This document shows, in pieces, positions 26,736-36,369 of a stretch of 64,000 nucleotides of DNA. The stretch is taken from positions 64,001 through 128,000 of IMG/VR virus record IMGVR_UViG_3300005611_001698, one strand, 5' to 3'. The DNA is from a virus. Its lineage: Duplodnaviria; Caudoviricetes. The notes beneath the pieces are model-generated. The model did no database searches. It saw nothing but the letters and a program-made list of their open reading frames with translations, and was not told where the DNA came from. Position 1 is the stretch's first letter; each line of letters opens with the position of its first letter. Made by a program: the position numbers and the translations under genes.

Positions 26736-27100
26736 TTTGCGCCTCCAATGTCAAGCCGTTGCTTAATAAATTCGATTTGTTGTTTAGATAAAATCCTCAG
26801 TGCCTGAGATGCTTTCTCATTGCTGTAACCATAATATTGTTTTACAATATCGAGGTCTTGTACTTTATCTTTTTTGATCCAAGGAGAGAATCTCTTCCTT
26901 TTCCTCAGACTATTTAGATAAAATTGATATTGCATATCTTTATCCAACTGATGATTCATGTTCATCTCATTAGCAAACATAATACAATCAATGTGACCAG
27001 ACAAACAACGATTGACAATATATGGGGGATAAGACTTAATCTCCCCAGACAGATCCTCTTTGTTATAATTGATAGAGTTAAGCCAGTCCTTTAATTCCAT
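26732..27100 (-). CDS. gp62: Clamp loader small subunit gp62
   Basis: YPPYIVNRCLS..ANEMN; YYGYSNEKA; precedes regA. Confidence 0.93.
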   Translation of the reverse strand: MELKDWLNSINYNKEDLSGEIKSYPPYIVNRCLSGHIDCIMFANEMNMNHQLDKDMQYQFYLNSLRKRKRFSPWIKKDKVQDLDIVKQYYGYSNEKASQALRILSKQQIEFIKQRLDIGGAK

Positions 27101-27962
27101 AATTCATCAACACAAGTTCTTTACGATCTTTTTGTTCACGCATGTATTCTCCAACAGAACGCATCGTATAAGTCAGATCAAACTCACCTGCTTTCCAACC
27201 TTGAAAACGATCCTTTACAAGTTGATCCGAATTGTAACTCACCATGCAGTGGGCATCAGTGAAGTCCATGCGTTTGGCAAATAGATCATGATCAAATCTC
27301 TTATGCATATCTCCCTTACGACCATAGAGATTGTCTTTAATGTCGTATGGTGGATCGAGATAGATGAAGGTCTTAGGAGATGTTTCCATCATCATCTCGT
27401 AAGAGTAATTTGTAATAGTCCAGTTCTGGATTAGTTTAGAATATTCAGGAAGTTTCAGGATGCCTCGCATCGAGAAGTTTGAATCAGATGCTTGGGCAGA
27501 AAAGGATGAGGACTCAGTGAGACCAGAAAAAGAGCACTTGTTAACAACATAAAAAGCAACGGCAGAATATACGGGTTCACGGTCCCCGTGGAGGGATGCT
27601 CGGATTTCTGGGGCGTCACCAGTGTTGTCAAGAAAGTCCTTAGCCTCGAAAAATAACCCACGGGCAGATCCTCTATCTGGGTATCGTGATTTAAGTTCTT
27701 GGAGTTGTCTCGTAATTTCATCAGCGTTGTCCCTCAATTGAATCCAAAAATTATAAAGAGGACCATAAAGATCATTCACCCAAACCTTAATGTTTGGATA
27801 CTTCTTGGTTATGTGTAAAGCAACACTACCGCCACCAAGAAACGGTTCACGATATTCATCGTAGTTTCTAAGATCAGGGAAATACTGATCCATTTTGGTG
27901 CAAGCACGGGACTTGCCACCAGGGTAGCGAATCGGCGTCTTAAGAGATTTCAACGACTTCAT
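27078..27962 (-). CDS. dam: DNA adenine methyltransferase (Dam/D12 class)
   Basis: RYPGGKS, EPFLGGGSV, YLDPPY. Confidence 0.93.
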   Translation of the reverse strand: MKSLKSLKTPIRYPGGKSRACTKMDQYFPDLRNYDEYREPFLGGGSVALHITKKYPNIKVWVNDLYGPLYNFWIQLRDNADEITRQLQELKSRYPDRGSARGLFFEAKDFLDNTGDAPEIRASLHGDREPVYSAVAFYVVNKCSFSGLTESSSFSAQASDSNFSMRGILKLPEYSKLIQNWTITNYSYEMMMETSPKTFIYLDPPYDIKDNLYGRKGDMHKRFDHDLFAKRMDFTDAHCMVSYNSDQLVKDRFQGWKAGEFDLTYTMRSVGEYMREQKDRKELVLMNYGIKGLA

Positions 27963-27964
27963 AA

Positions 27965-28258
27965 TCAAAAATAATATTTACCAGGTGTTGTATAAACAGG
28001 ATGTCTCTGATCTTCTCCATGATGACTGTAACCGTTTCCATGGCAGTGCCTGTGTTCATGAATGATGCCAGATCCCTGATGAAAGTGAAAATGTTTATGG
28101 CATACACTAGGACGATGATGTCCTCCATCATAATGATGGTAATGATAATTATGGGAATGATGACCGTCAAACGGTTCCCAGAATTCCTTCCAAGTAATTG
28201 CGTTAGCAGGTGTGGAGAGTAGAGTCAGACCACCAAGAAGAAACAGATACTTTTTCAT
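27965..28258 (-). CDS. Secreted His-rich protein
   Basis: Signal peptide ending ANA; dense His clusters. Confidence 0.7.
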   Translation of the reverse strand: MKKYLFLLGGLTLLSTPANAITWKEFWEPFDGHHSHNYHYHHYDGGHHRPSVCHKHFHFHQGSGIIHEHRHCHGNGYSHHGEDQRHPVYTTPGKYYF

Positions 28259-29211
28259 TTGAATTCACACTCACACATAATCTCAGTCAACGCCGCGATC
28301 AGGTTGATTTCCTGATCGGCTACAAACGCGATCTGATACTGATACTTAGCAATAATGAGCACAGCAGCAGGAATGCTAGGGTTTTCAAGGGCATCAACCA
28401 GAGCATCGTAAACACGACGCAACAATACCCCAGGATCATTGTCCAGATTAGCCACCACCCATTTCCGAACTTCCGTGAAGTTCTTCTCTTTGAGACATTT
28501 AATGAGATCATTGATTTTTACGTCACTAAATTGGGCAAGAATTGCAGAATCAATCTTTCCACCAACACTATAACGTTGGCACTCATTCAGAACACGACGC
28601 CAATCAGGGAAGTGTTTGTTGATGAGTTCTACCAGGACCTTGTTATCAGATTCAACACCTTCTGTAACCAAGATTTCTTGGAGGCGCTTGAAGAACTGTG
28701 CTGCGATTGCTGGTTTTTGTTTGTTTGTAATTGTAAACTCCACGACGGCACATCGGGAGTGGAGGGGTTCAATGATCTTGTTCTTGTAGTTGCAGGTGAA
28801 GATGAATCGACAGTTGTTATAAAACGCCTCAATATTTGCCCGTAAGAGGAGTTGTACATCATGGGTTGTGTTATCAGCCTCATCAATGATGATGACTTTG
28901 TGTTTACCAGTTGCTTGAAGTGATACGGTCGAAGCAAAGTTCTTTGCTTGGTTCCGTACCGTGTCCAGAAATCGTCCTTCGTCAGATCCATTGATAATAA
29001 TGTAGTCACAACCAAGTTGTTCACAAAGGGCACGGGCAATGGTTGTCTTGCCGCACCCCGCTGGTCCTGCTAACAGGAGATTGGAGATTTCTCCCCTCTC
29101 AACAAAATCCTGAAATGTGGACTTGATTGATTCGGGAAGAATACACTCTTCAACCGTGCGTGGTCTGTAAGATTCCACCCACAAAAATGGTTTATTTCCA
29201 GAATGATTCAT
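28255..29211 (-). CDS. gp44: Clamp loader large subunit gp44
   Basis: WVE.YRP, GPAGCGKT, DEAD, SRC. Confidence 0.97.
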   Translation of the reverse strand: MNHSGNKPFLWVESYRPRTVEECILPESIKSTFQDFVERGEISNLLLAGPAGCGKTTIARALCEQLGCDYIIINGSDEGRFLDTVRNQAKNFASTVSLQATGKHKVIIIDEADNTTHDVQLLLRANIEAFYNNCRFIFTCNYKNKIIEPLHSRCAVVEFTITNKQKPAIAAQFFKRLQEILVTEGVESDNKVLVELINKHFPDWRRVLNECQRYSVGGKIDSAILAQFSDVKINDLIKCLKEKNFTEVRKWVVANLDNDPGVLLRRVYDALVDALENPSIPAAVLIIAKYQYQIAFVADQEINLIAALTEIMCECEFK

Positions 29212-29213
29212 AC

Positions 29214-29882
29214 TTACGAGCCATACTTAAAGTCGGGTTCCAGAGCAATATAATAAGTCAGATTACGATCTTTGCTCTTAAAACGAGAAAGACCAGATTT
29301 AGAAACTACAACTTCATAAGAACCAGGAATCACCTTGATATTCTCAACCTTGAAGTTGAATTCAAATACCTCATCAGTCTCTCCAACTACAATTTCATGA
29401 GTATTGGAAGTCTCATTCTTCTTGTCGCGGACAACAAGTTTAACCACACCGTTCTCTCCAACAGCAGATAGATCAGGCACCTGATACACTGCTGCTGCTT
29501 TCAGCAGGCGATCAAGGTCTTGTGTGGTAAGAATGAAGCAAACGTCCTCAGAGGGCAGCGTGAGCGTCTTTTCAGGAGGAGAAATGATGACGTTGGGATC
29601 TGCAAAGAAGTACTTAGATCGTGATTTATCTTCACGAACAACAACATAGTTGTCATTATCAAAATCAAGATCAGGACTGCGATGCAGTGACATCCCGTTC
29701 AAGAACTGATTTAGATCATAGATACCAAAGTCCTTAGGGAACTCTTCATCAATCGTTGCCTCTGCAAGGATATTTTTCATCACACTGATAGTGCGAAGAG
29801 AGTTACCCTCTTTGAATAGCAGCGACTGATTGATGTTGCTGAAATTTTTGAGCAGAGTCAGAGTGGAATCAGAAAGTTTCAT
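29214..29882 (-). CDS. gp45: Sliding clamp gp45
   Basis: MKLS..T..LLKNFS.IN; FGIYDLNQFL; YYIALE. Confidence 0.95.
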   Translation of the reverse strand: MKLSDSTLTLLKNFSNINQSLLFKEGNSLRTISVMKNILAEATIDEEFPKDFGIYDLNQFLNGMSLHRSPDLDFDNDNYVVVREDKSRSKYFFADPNVIISPPEKTLTLPSEDVCFILTTQDLDRLLKAAAVYQVPDLSAVGENGVVKLVVRDKKNETSNTHEIVVGETDEVFEFNFKVENIKVIPGSYEVVVSKSGLSRFKSKDRNLTYYIALEPDFKYGS

Positions 29883-30354
29883 ATGGTTGGGGGTTTTCAT
29901 TACAAAGGCCAGCAAAGTGATAGAGAAGAATGCAATAATGGATTGCTTTCAGAATGTCCTGTTTGGACTTACCGTTCTTCTTACCGAAACGTGAGAGGTA
30001 TTTGATAGCATTAGATCGACAGAAAGGTTCTGCATCACCAATACCCTCAATCAAATCAAGAGTTTGAGTCTTAGATCCCTCAAAAGCATAATGGGAATGA
30101 TAAGTTCCACCAAGATACTCACGAATCTCTTTGAGGATTACATCCTCATTATACTTCCAAAAACCGTTAGTGTTACTAGGAGCATCTGGAAGATCGGGAA
30201 TATTCAGATCAAAGGAGATGCAATCTTCATCCTCGCCAAGATAGTTCATATAAACTTCCGCAGCAGCGAGTGGACCATTTTCATCATAGTTGTATTCAAA
30301 AATGTTTGTTGCAGTGTCAGTCATGGCATAATAAAAAGAAGAAGAGTTTATCAT
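29869..30354 (-). CDS. Hypothetical protein (DUF3310-like)
   Basis: HY...D.I...F..SNAIKY..R.GKK...D..KA..Y. Confidence 0.75.
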   Translation of the reverse strand: MINSSSFYYAMTDTATNIFEYNYDENGPLAAAEVYMNYLGEDEDCISFDLNIPDLPDAPSNTNGFWKYNEDVILKEIREYLGGTYHSHYAFEGSKTQTLDLIEGIGDAEPFCRSNAIKYLSRFGKKNGKSKQDILKAIHYCILLYHFAGLCNENPQPYETF

Positions 30355-31406
30355 CAGGATTCTACATCAAACTGTACGTCAGTGTCAACCTTATCATAAA
30401 GATCCATGAAAGCTTGTTTGGTCTCATCGTCGAAACGATTCAGGCAGACTTGAATTGCCTTTGCTTTGTCGCCAAAGATCTTGTATGCCTGAATAATGTG
30501 AACCAGACGACGAGTAGAGATCACCTCATCAATACCACCATCATAGAAAGTCTTACGGATAATGTCTGCCCAATCAGCAAGACGCTGACAGAACTGTTGA
30601 TCATCACACAGTTTATTCAGGATCTTAGTTTCAGTAGCAGCAGTAGGATACTCCTGCTCAAAGGTCACACAGAAACGTTCAAGGAATGCCTCATTCAGAA
30701 CATTAGTTCCAATAAAACGACCATCATCAGATCCCTTACCCTTAGTATTGGCAGTGGCAATCACATTGAAACCAGCAGTTGGTTGAATGTACTTACCAAT
30801 CTTTTTCAGAAAGACTCCCTTTCCTTCTAGGATCGATTGAAGGCAAAGAATCTTGTTGGAAGCCAAGTCAATCTCGTCAAGCAGTAGAATCGCACCGCGT
30901 TCCAGGGCTTCGATGACTGGGCCATTGTGCCAAACGGTTTCACCACCGACAAGACGGAATCCACCAATGAGATCATCTTCATCAGTCTCAATCGTAATGT
31001 TTACACGAATCAGTTCTCGATTCAGTTGAGCACACGCTTGTTCGACACCGAACGTTTTACCATTACCCGAAAGACCCGTAATGAACGTAGGATAAAAAAG
31101 GCGGGACTCAATAATTTTTTTAAGATCACCAAAGTTACCAAACTTGACGAAGGAATCATCTTTCTCAGGAATAAGATTTTGTTCGATTGCAGGCTGAGCA
31201 GCAGGTGCCTGATAAGTTTTTTCTAGTTTTTCTTGCACAGTCAGATTCCACTTACCACGACCAATTTTGTATTGTTCCAGACGCTTAGTGACAGTTTGAT
31301 AGCTAGTGCCGTTCATTGCACACCAAGCACGAACGTCACCAGTGGTTACAGATTCTCCGTAGAGATTTTGAAGTGAGGTGACGACGTATTGAGTGGAGAG
31401 AGACAT
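30354..31406 (-). CDS. cobS: MoxR/CobS-like AAA+ ATPase
   Basis: GLSGNGKT, LLLDEID, ATANTKG, FLERF. Confidence 0.9.
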   Translation of the reverse strand: MSLSTQYVVTSLQNLYGESVTTGDVRAWCAMNGTSYQTVTKRLEQYKIGRGKWNLTVQEKLEKTYQAPAAQPAIEQNLIPEKDDSFVKFGNFGDLKKIIESRLFYPTFITGLSGNGKTFGVEQACAQLNRELIRVNITIETDEDDLIGGFRLVGGETVWHNGPVIEALERGAILLLDEIDLASNKILCLQSILEGKGVFLKKIGKYIQPTAGFNVIATANTKGKGSDDGRFIGTNVLNEAFLERFCVTFEQEYPTAATETKILNKLCDDQQFCQRLADWADIIRKTFYDGGIDEVISTRRLVHIIQAYKIFGDKAKAIQVCLNRFDDETKQAFMDLYDKVDTDVQFDVES

Positions 31407-31419
31407 GAGTTTGTTTTGT

Positions 31420-31830
31420 TCACTCCGTTATTATAACGGAGGAATCGGTCCTAGTGACGGGTGGGTAGACAGGTTTCCGAAGTGTCACAGTCGGTTCATC
31501 GTCAAATGGTCTGGTGTACTCATGGTGAACAGTCTTGCCAGCATGAAGTCTACTCGTCATGCAATCAAATCCTGGCATTGGATTACAATCACCACAAGTA
31601 AAGATATCACACACAGCCATCTTTTTTTCTGGCCATGTGTGAATGCTAATGTGAGATTCCGCAAGAAGTGTTACTGCCGTAACTCCCTGAGGTTCAAACT
31701 GATGAGATACTGTATTTAAAAACGTAGCACCACACTGTCGTGATGTTTCGTATAACATATTCTCAATATAAATTCTATCATTTAAAAAATTTGGATCACA
31801 GTCGTAAAGTGTGAAAAGAACATGTTTCAT
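31420..31830 (-). CDS. speD: S-adenosylmethionine decarboxylase proenzyme
   Basis: HQFEPQGVT..LLAESHISIHTWPE...DIFTCG. Confidence 0.95.
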   Translation of the reverse strand: MKHVLFTLYDCDPNFLNDRIYIENMLYETSRQCGATFLNTVSHQFEPQGVTAVTLLAESHISIHTWPEKKMAVCDIFTCGDCNPMPGFDCMTSRLHAGKTVHHEYTRPFDDEPTVTLRKPVYPPVTRTDSSVIITE

Positions 31831-31833
31831 TAG

Positions 31834-32361
31834 TTACACCCAATCTGGTTTTCTGGATTTGTCACGAAGATAATTAGATGCAACCCAAGGTTTGCTGCTA
31901 ATGTAATTTTTGTAAGCAGTAAAAGTGTCAATGCTTGCGTCATATTTAAACTCATCAGGCATTGCCCTCACAAATGGCGTTGTATCTTTACCACTACGAC
32001 CTTGTGGATCAGCAGTTGGTAGTATCTCTTTTGCTGCTAAGAGAGTATTGTGACAAGTATGTCTCTTACCATATCTATGCGTATATTCGTCGCATAATGC
32101 AAGACCATGAGCAAGTAACCATTGCCAGTTATTGACAAATGAGTTTGCCCATATTGTGCATGGGTGATTACGAAAAGCACCTTTTTCAGTTATGTATGCA
32201 GCACCATCTGCTTTGGGAAGAGTACCAAATCCATGACCCCATTTGTCAGAGCATACGATAGCAAGCATCTGACAAGTTTCCAGGGGCATTTTAACAATGT
32301 GTTTATCTGGTAATACAACTGCCGATTTATACGGACTTGGATCGGTGACAAATATATTCAC
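31834..32361 (-). CDS. Pyrimidine-dimer DNA glycosylase-like protein
   Basis: MNIF..D..DKHIVKM.LE..Q.L, NHPCT.W, EYT.RYGK.H. Confidence 0.75.
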   Translation of the reverse strand: MNIFVTDPSPYKSAVVLPDKHIVKMPLETCQMLAIVCSDKWGHGFGTLPKADGAAYITEKGAFRNHPCTIWANSFVNNWQWLLAHGLALCDEYTHRYGKRHTCHNTLLAAKEILPTADPQGRSGKDTTPFVRAMPDEFKYDASIDTFTAYKNYISSKPWVASNYLRDKSRKPDWV

Positions 32362-34487
32362 GCGATCAGCTCCACGAACTCCGATAGAATTTTACGATTG
32401 AACTTGGATTTTGTCAAGGATTTTTTAAAAGCAGCACGGATCGTTGATTTCTTTGCACCCTCTTCAACCTCAAAAGATGCATCTTGATTCAGATTGTTAG
32501 AACTGATGCAGAAGAACTTAGCAAATGCTGGGATGTCAATTGCAGCTGCTTTATTGTTTTTGAAATCCGTAGAATATTTTTCATATTGCTGCCAGTCAAG
32601 TCTATGGAAAGTGTAATGTTTTACAAAACGATTGAACTCATTAGGTGAAGTAAGACGAATGCCAATGAAGTTTACCTGAGAAAAGTTGTCTTGAAGGTTT
32701 TTCAAAATAGAAGTTGTGTGACTTACCCAACTTTCAAGTTTGTAAGTGGTGCGAAGTTTACGATCACGCAGAAACTCACTACCATCTTCACGCAAGCGAG
32801 CAGGGCAAATTTCAATATCTTTGTTATAGGTGTAACGCTCAGTAGATTTAAGAAGAGGTTGTGCATCACCATCGGTCAAAATGATTGTTTGGATTTTCTG
32901 AGCACCAGTTTCGTTTTTAAACTGTGGAATGATATCATGAAGAGATAGCAATGCTTCATTCAAAGGAGTTCCAGACAAACCATACTGATGAAGAATGTGA
33001 CAGTATGCTCCAACATCGTTTGAAACGGAAGAAACCAAACGCCAGAAATTAATGCATTGACGTTCAAAATCTTTATTGCTGCCTTCACTTGTCAGAAATT
33101 CAAGCATACGAAATTCTTTATCAATCCAAAAACTATTGTTTACGGGTTTACTGGGATGAATACCATTTTCGTTATTCAAGCAGCAATAAGATGAAGTAAA
33201 TCCATAAACACGGAAAGGAATATTTACTTTACGGCAGAACCAAACCAGATTCAAGAGTTGTTTTACGGTTGATCCCATAATATTACCCATCGATCCAGAC
33301 CAATCCAAAACAAAAATCAATCCATGATTCTTTCCATCAGGGACAACTGAGACTTTCTTGAATAGATCCTCATTATATTTGTAAGTGTGAAGTTTAGTGC
33401 AATCCAAAATACCAGTGCGGCTAGTTGTAGCACGTGCATAAGAATCCGCAGATTTCTTACATTCAAACTCTTTCACAATGTAGTTGACCTCTTTCTGAGC
33501 AGAGTTCTTATATTCTTTGAAAAGAGAATCACACCGACCCAAAAATTCATCTTTCAACTCTTGCTCAACATAAACAGTCGCCCAATATTTTTCTAGATCA
33601 CTATTGATTTGTTCATTAGAGATAATGGTGTCTTCAAGATCAAATACAGGACGTTCGTAGTAATAGTAATCACGACTTTGGTGATTAATAAGATCTTGAA
33701 GTTTATCTTCCAGACTATCGGCAGTGTTTACATTAGGTTCATCAAATTGATCAGAACCCATGCTGCCATCAGTATCGTCATTATTGCTATCACCTTCATC
33801 AAAATCATCATCAGAATCAGTCCCATTGGAATCAAAATCACTGCCACTGGAACTAGAAGAAGAATTAGCACTGTTGCTCTCAGAGGACTGTTGTTCTTCC
33901 AGATCCTCTTGATTTTTTTGTTCAGATTTCGGAGAGTTGTTTTGTTTCTTGCAGTAGGCATAGAGAAGTTCAGCAGCAATCAAAGCATCTTCAAAAGTTT
34001 CAGCATCAGCAATCGCATTGATGATATCCATTTCTTCACCACGTTGAATTGGAATATCACTATACTTTCCAATCTTAAACCAAAGATTGGCACGGTCAGC
34101 AAGATTCATTTTATTCAGATCTTCATCTGCAATGGAAAAGAAATCCATTTCATGAAGTTCTTTGTAACCCTTGAAAAAAGTTTTGGCAAGTCCAGGAAAA
34201 CGGCGTTTGATAAGTTTCTCAATGCGAGCATCCTCAGTCACATTGACAAACTGTTGAGGAACCTTAACATTCTCTGTCCAGTCTTCATTTGGAGTATAAA
34301 GGGCATGACCAACTTCATGTGCCACCAACATATCAAAGATGGCATCTGTTGCCTTTTCCCAAATCGGAAGCGTTAGAACTCTGGTATCGACATTGAACTG
34401 TGCCGTTTGAACTTTACGGTGTTCAACAATAAGATTTTCTTGTGCCAGCAGTTTAGCGACCGTGCCTTTGACTTCCAGGTTGATCAT
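32358..34487 (-). CDS. HExxH peptidase-like plus VWA domain protein (CobT-like)
   Basis: HEVGH, EDARIE, acidic Ser-rich linker, MIDAS DWSGS, GTP, LTDG. Confidence 0.85.
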   Translation of the reverse strand: MINLEVKGTVAKLLAQENLIVEHRKVQTAQFNVDTRVLTLPIWEKATDAIFDMLVAHEVGHALYTPNEDWTENVKVPQQFVNVTEDARIEKLIKRRFPGLAKTFFKGYKELHEMDFFSIADEDLNKMNLADRANLWFKIGKYSDIPIQRGEEMDIINAIADAETFEDALIAAELLYAYCKKQNNSPKSEQKNQEDLEEQQSSESNSANSSSSSSGSDFDSNGTDSDDDFDEGDSNNDDTDGSMGSDQFDEPNVNTADSLEDKLQDLINHQSRDYYYYERPVFDLEDTIISNEQINSDLEKYWATVYVEQELKDEFLGRCDSLFKEYKNSAQKEVNYIVKEFECKKSADSYARATTSRTGILDCTKLHTYKYNEDLFKKVSVVPDGKNHGLIFVLDWSGSMGNIMGSTVKQLLNLVWFCRKVNIPFRVYGFTSSYCCLNNENGIHPSKPVNNSFWIDKEFRMLEFLTSEGSNKDFERQCINFWRLVSSVSNDVGAYCHILHQYGLSGTPLNEALLSLHDIIPQFKNETGAQKIQTIILTDGDAQPLLKSTERYTYNKDIEICPARLREDGSEFLRDRKLRTTYKLESWVSHTTSILKNLQDNFSQVNFIGIRLTSPNEFNRFVKHYTFHRLDWQQYEKYSTDFKNNKAAAIDIPAFAKFFCISSNNLNQDASFEVEEGAKKSTIRAAFKKSLTKSKFNRKILSEFVELIA

Positions 34488-34660
34488 ACTGTTTTCTCAG
34501 GTATGTACCCATAATACGACGAAGGATCGCCTTTTGGGCGATCCATGTGACGCTTCTTCAACTGTCTAAGGGACTCCCTTCGGGCTCGGAGTCTCCCTTT
34601 ACAGGTTCCTTTACCTTTCTTTTCCTTACCAGAGTTGTGTTTCCAGTTTGAGGTTGTCAT
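34484..34660 (-). CDS. 58-aa basic hypothetical protein, absent from ORF track
   Basis: MTTSNWKHNSGKEKKGKG...; ATGA overlaps at both ends. Confidence 0.6.
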   Translation of the reverse strand: MTTSNWKHNSGKEKKGKGTCKGRLRARRESLRQLKKRHMDRPKGDPSSYYGYIPEKTV

Positions 34661-36369
34661 TGGACTTTATGCGAAAAACCTTTCACTTTCTCAAATTTTA
34701 TCACATCATCAAATTTGTCGAATAGACTATCTTTGTGCGAAATAATGAAGATATTGGCATCGCTAATAACATATTTGATGATTTTCAAGAACTCATCTGT
34801 TCCAAGTCCATCAAGAGAACTATCAAACACTTCATCCATGATCAAAAGATTTGTGCTAACGGAGTTCTTGAATCTTGCAACTTCACGCCAAGTGAACAGC
34901 AGTGCAAGATCAATCCTCATCTTTTCACCTTCACTAAAAGAAGCATAAGAAAAGTTATCATGAATTGGAGATTGAATACTCTCGTTGAACTCTTCATCAA
35001 GATTAAAGTTGATGTAGAAATCCATCAGTTGTAAATAACGATTCACTTGTTGATTAATAAAGGGGAGATACTGTTTGATAATTTTAGTCTTGACTCCCCC
35101 ATCCTTCAATAAGGAATATGCAAAATCGTGATTCTTAACTGATTCAGTTTTAGATGCTAACTCTTCATAAACCCCCTGTAAAGTTTCATTGAAGTCTTTT
35201 AACTTCTCATGCTCAGTATTTCTGTTTGCAAGTTGATCGGCAATTCTTTGAATTTCCGATTCCAGATCTCGGCATTGCCGTTGCAGTCCAGAAATCCGAA
35301 CAGTGTTTTGAGAAACTTCATTAGTTAGGGAAACAACCTCCTGTGAGAGTTCAGTAAAGTGGGACTCTCTTGACTCCTCTTCTTGTATTTTGGATTCTAA
35401 ATCGCACAAACCCTCATGCAACTTTTCTATTGAAGCATTGAGTGTCCCAATTCTATTTAATCTGAAAGATTCTTCAATATCTTGTGTGCAGGTAGGGCAT
35501 ACCGTATTCTCACAAAAGAATACAGTTTCTTCATTAATGGATTCTTTTTTTGTCTGAATCTGTGCTTTGAGTTGAGCATATTTAAATAGAGTCTTTCCAG
35601 CACCTTGAAACTCTTGCATTGAAGAATTGATTTCCTCAATCTTTTTGGAAAGATTGTCATTGGATTTCAAAAGATCAGTTGCTGTTTTTGCATGTTCTTT
35701 GATCTTTTCTTTTCTTTCATCAATATCACTTTTTCCTTGATTCTGAATTTTATCGATAAAATCTTTTTGCATTTTGATTTTATCTTTCAGAGAATCTTTT
35801 TTAAGTTCAAGAGTTCTTGACTCATCTCTAAGAGATCTGATTTTATCTTTAATCAACATATTCATTGAAGAAAAGATCTTGATATCAAGAAGATCTTCAA
35901 TCACCTCTCTGCGATGTGCCAAAGGCAACTGCATGAAAGGAACAAAGGTGGAGCTACCCAAGATCACAATCTGAGTAAAAGACTTGAAGTTGAGTTTAAG
36001 AATATTTTGTTCCAGTTTCTTTTGCTGATCAACCGCAGATGCATCTTGATCTTGCAGTTCTCCATTCACCCAAATCTCAAACTTTGCTGGTTTAAGACCA
36101 CGAACGATTTTATATTCCTTTCCCTTGATATCGAACTCAACTTCAACCAAACAATCTTTTTCGTTTACTGAGTTAATCAGTTGTGGTTTGTTAATTTTAC
36201 GAAACGGTTTGTTGAACAATGAAAAAGTAAGGGCATCTAGAATAGTCGATTTACCAGATCCATTACTTCCAATAATAATTGTATTGCTATTTTTATTCAG
36301 TTCAACTTCTGTCCATTGATTGCCTGTGGAAAGAAAGTTCTGCCATCTAATAGTCTTAAACGTTATCAT
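34657..36369 (-). CDS. gp46: Recombination endonuclease subunit gp46 (Rad50/SbcC-like)
   Basis: GSNGSGKS, CPTC zinc hook, FSEGE, DEVFD. Confidence 0.97.
   Translation of the reverse strand: MITFKTIRWQNFLSTGNQWTEVELNKNSNTIIIGSNGSGKSTILDALTFSLFNKPFRKINKPQLINSVNEKDCLVEVEFDIKGKEYKIVRGLKPAKFEIWVNGELQDQDASAVDQQKKLEQNILKLNFKSFTQIVILGSSTFVPFMQLPLAHRREVIEDLLDIKIFSSMNMLIKDKIRSLRDESRTLELKKDSLKDKIKMQKDFIDKIQNQGKSDIDERKEKIKEHAKTATDLLKSNDNLSKKIEEINSSMQEFQGAGKTLFKYAQLKAQIQTKKESINEETVFFCENTVCPTCTQDIEESFRLNRIGTLNASIEKLHEGLCDLESKIQEEESRESHFTELSQEVVSLTNEVSQNTVRISGLQRQCRDLESEIQRIADQLANRNTEHEKLKDFNETLQGVYEELASKTESVKNHDFAYSLLKDGGVKTKIIKQYLPFINQQVNRYLQLMDFYINFNLDEEFNESIQSPIHDNFSYASFSEGEKMRIDLALLFTWREVARFKNSVSTNLLIMDEVFDSSLDGLGTDEFLKIIKYVISDANIFIISHKDSLFDKFDDVIKFEKVKGFSHKVQ

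Noticed and set aside
27940-28222. Met/Ile-rich ORFs overlapping the His-rich gene
   Set aside because: By-products of repeated CAT codons read in other frames or on the other strand
28210-28845. 211-aa plus-strand ORF
   Set aside because: Antisense shadow of g44, no motifs
30270-30830. 186-aa plus-strand ORF
   Set aside because: Antisense shadow of the cobS-like gene
33609-34376. 255-aa plus-strand ORF
   Set aside because: Ile/Phe-rich mirror of Asp/Glu/Asn codons in the VWA gene
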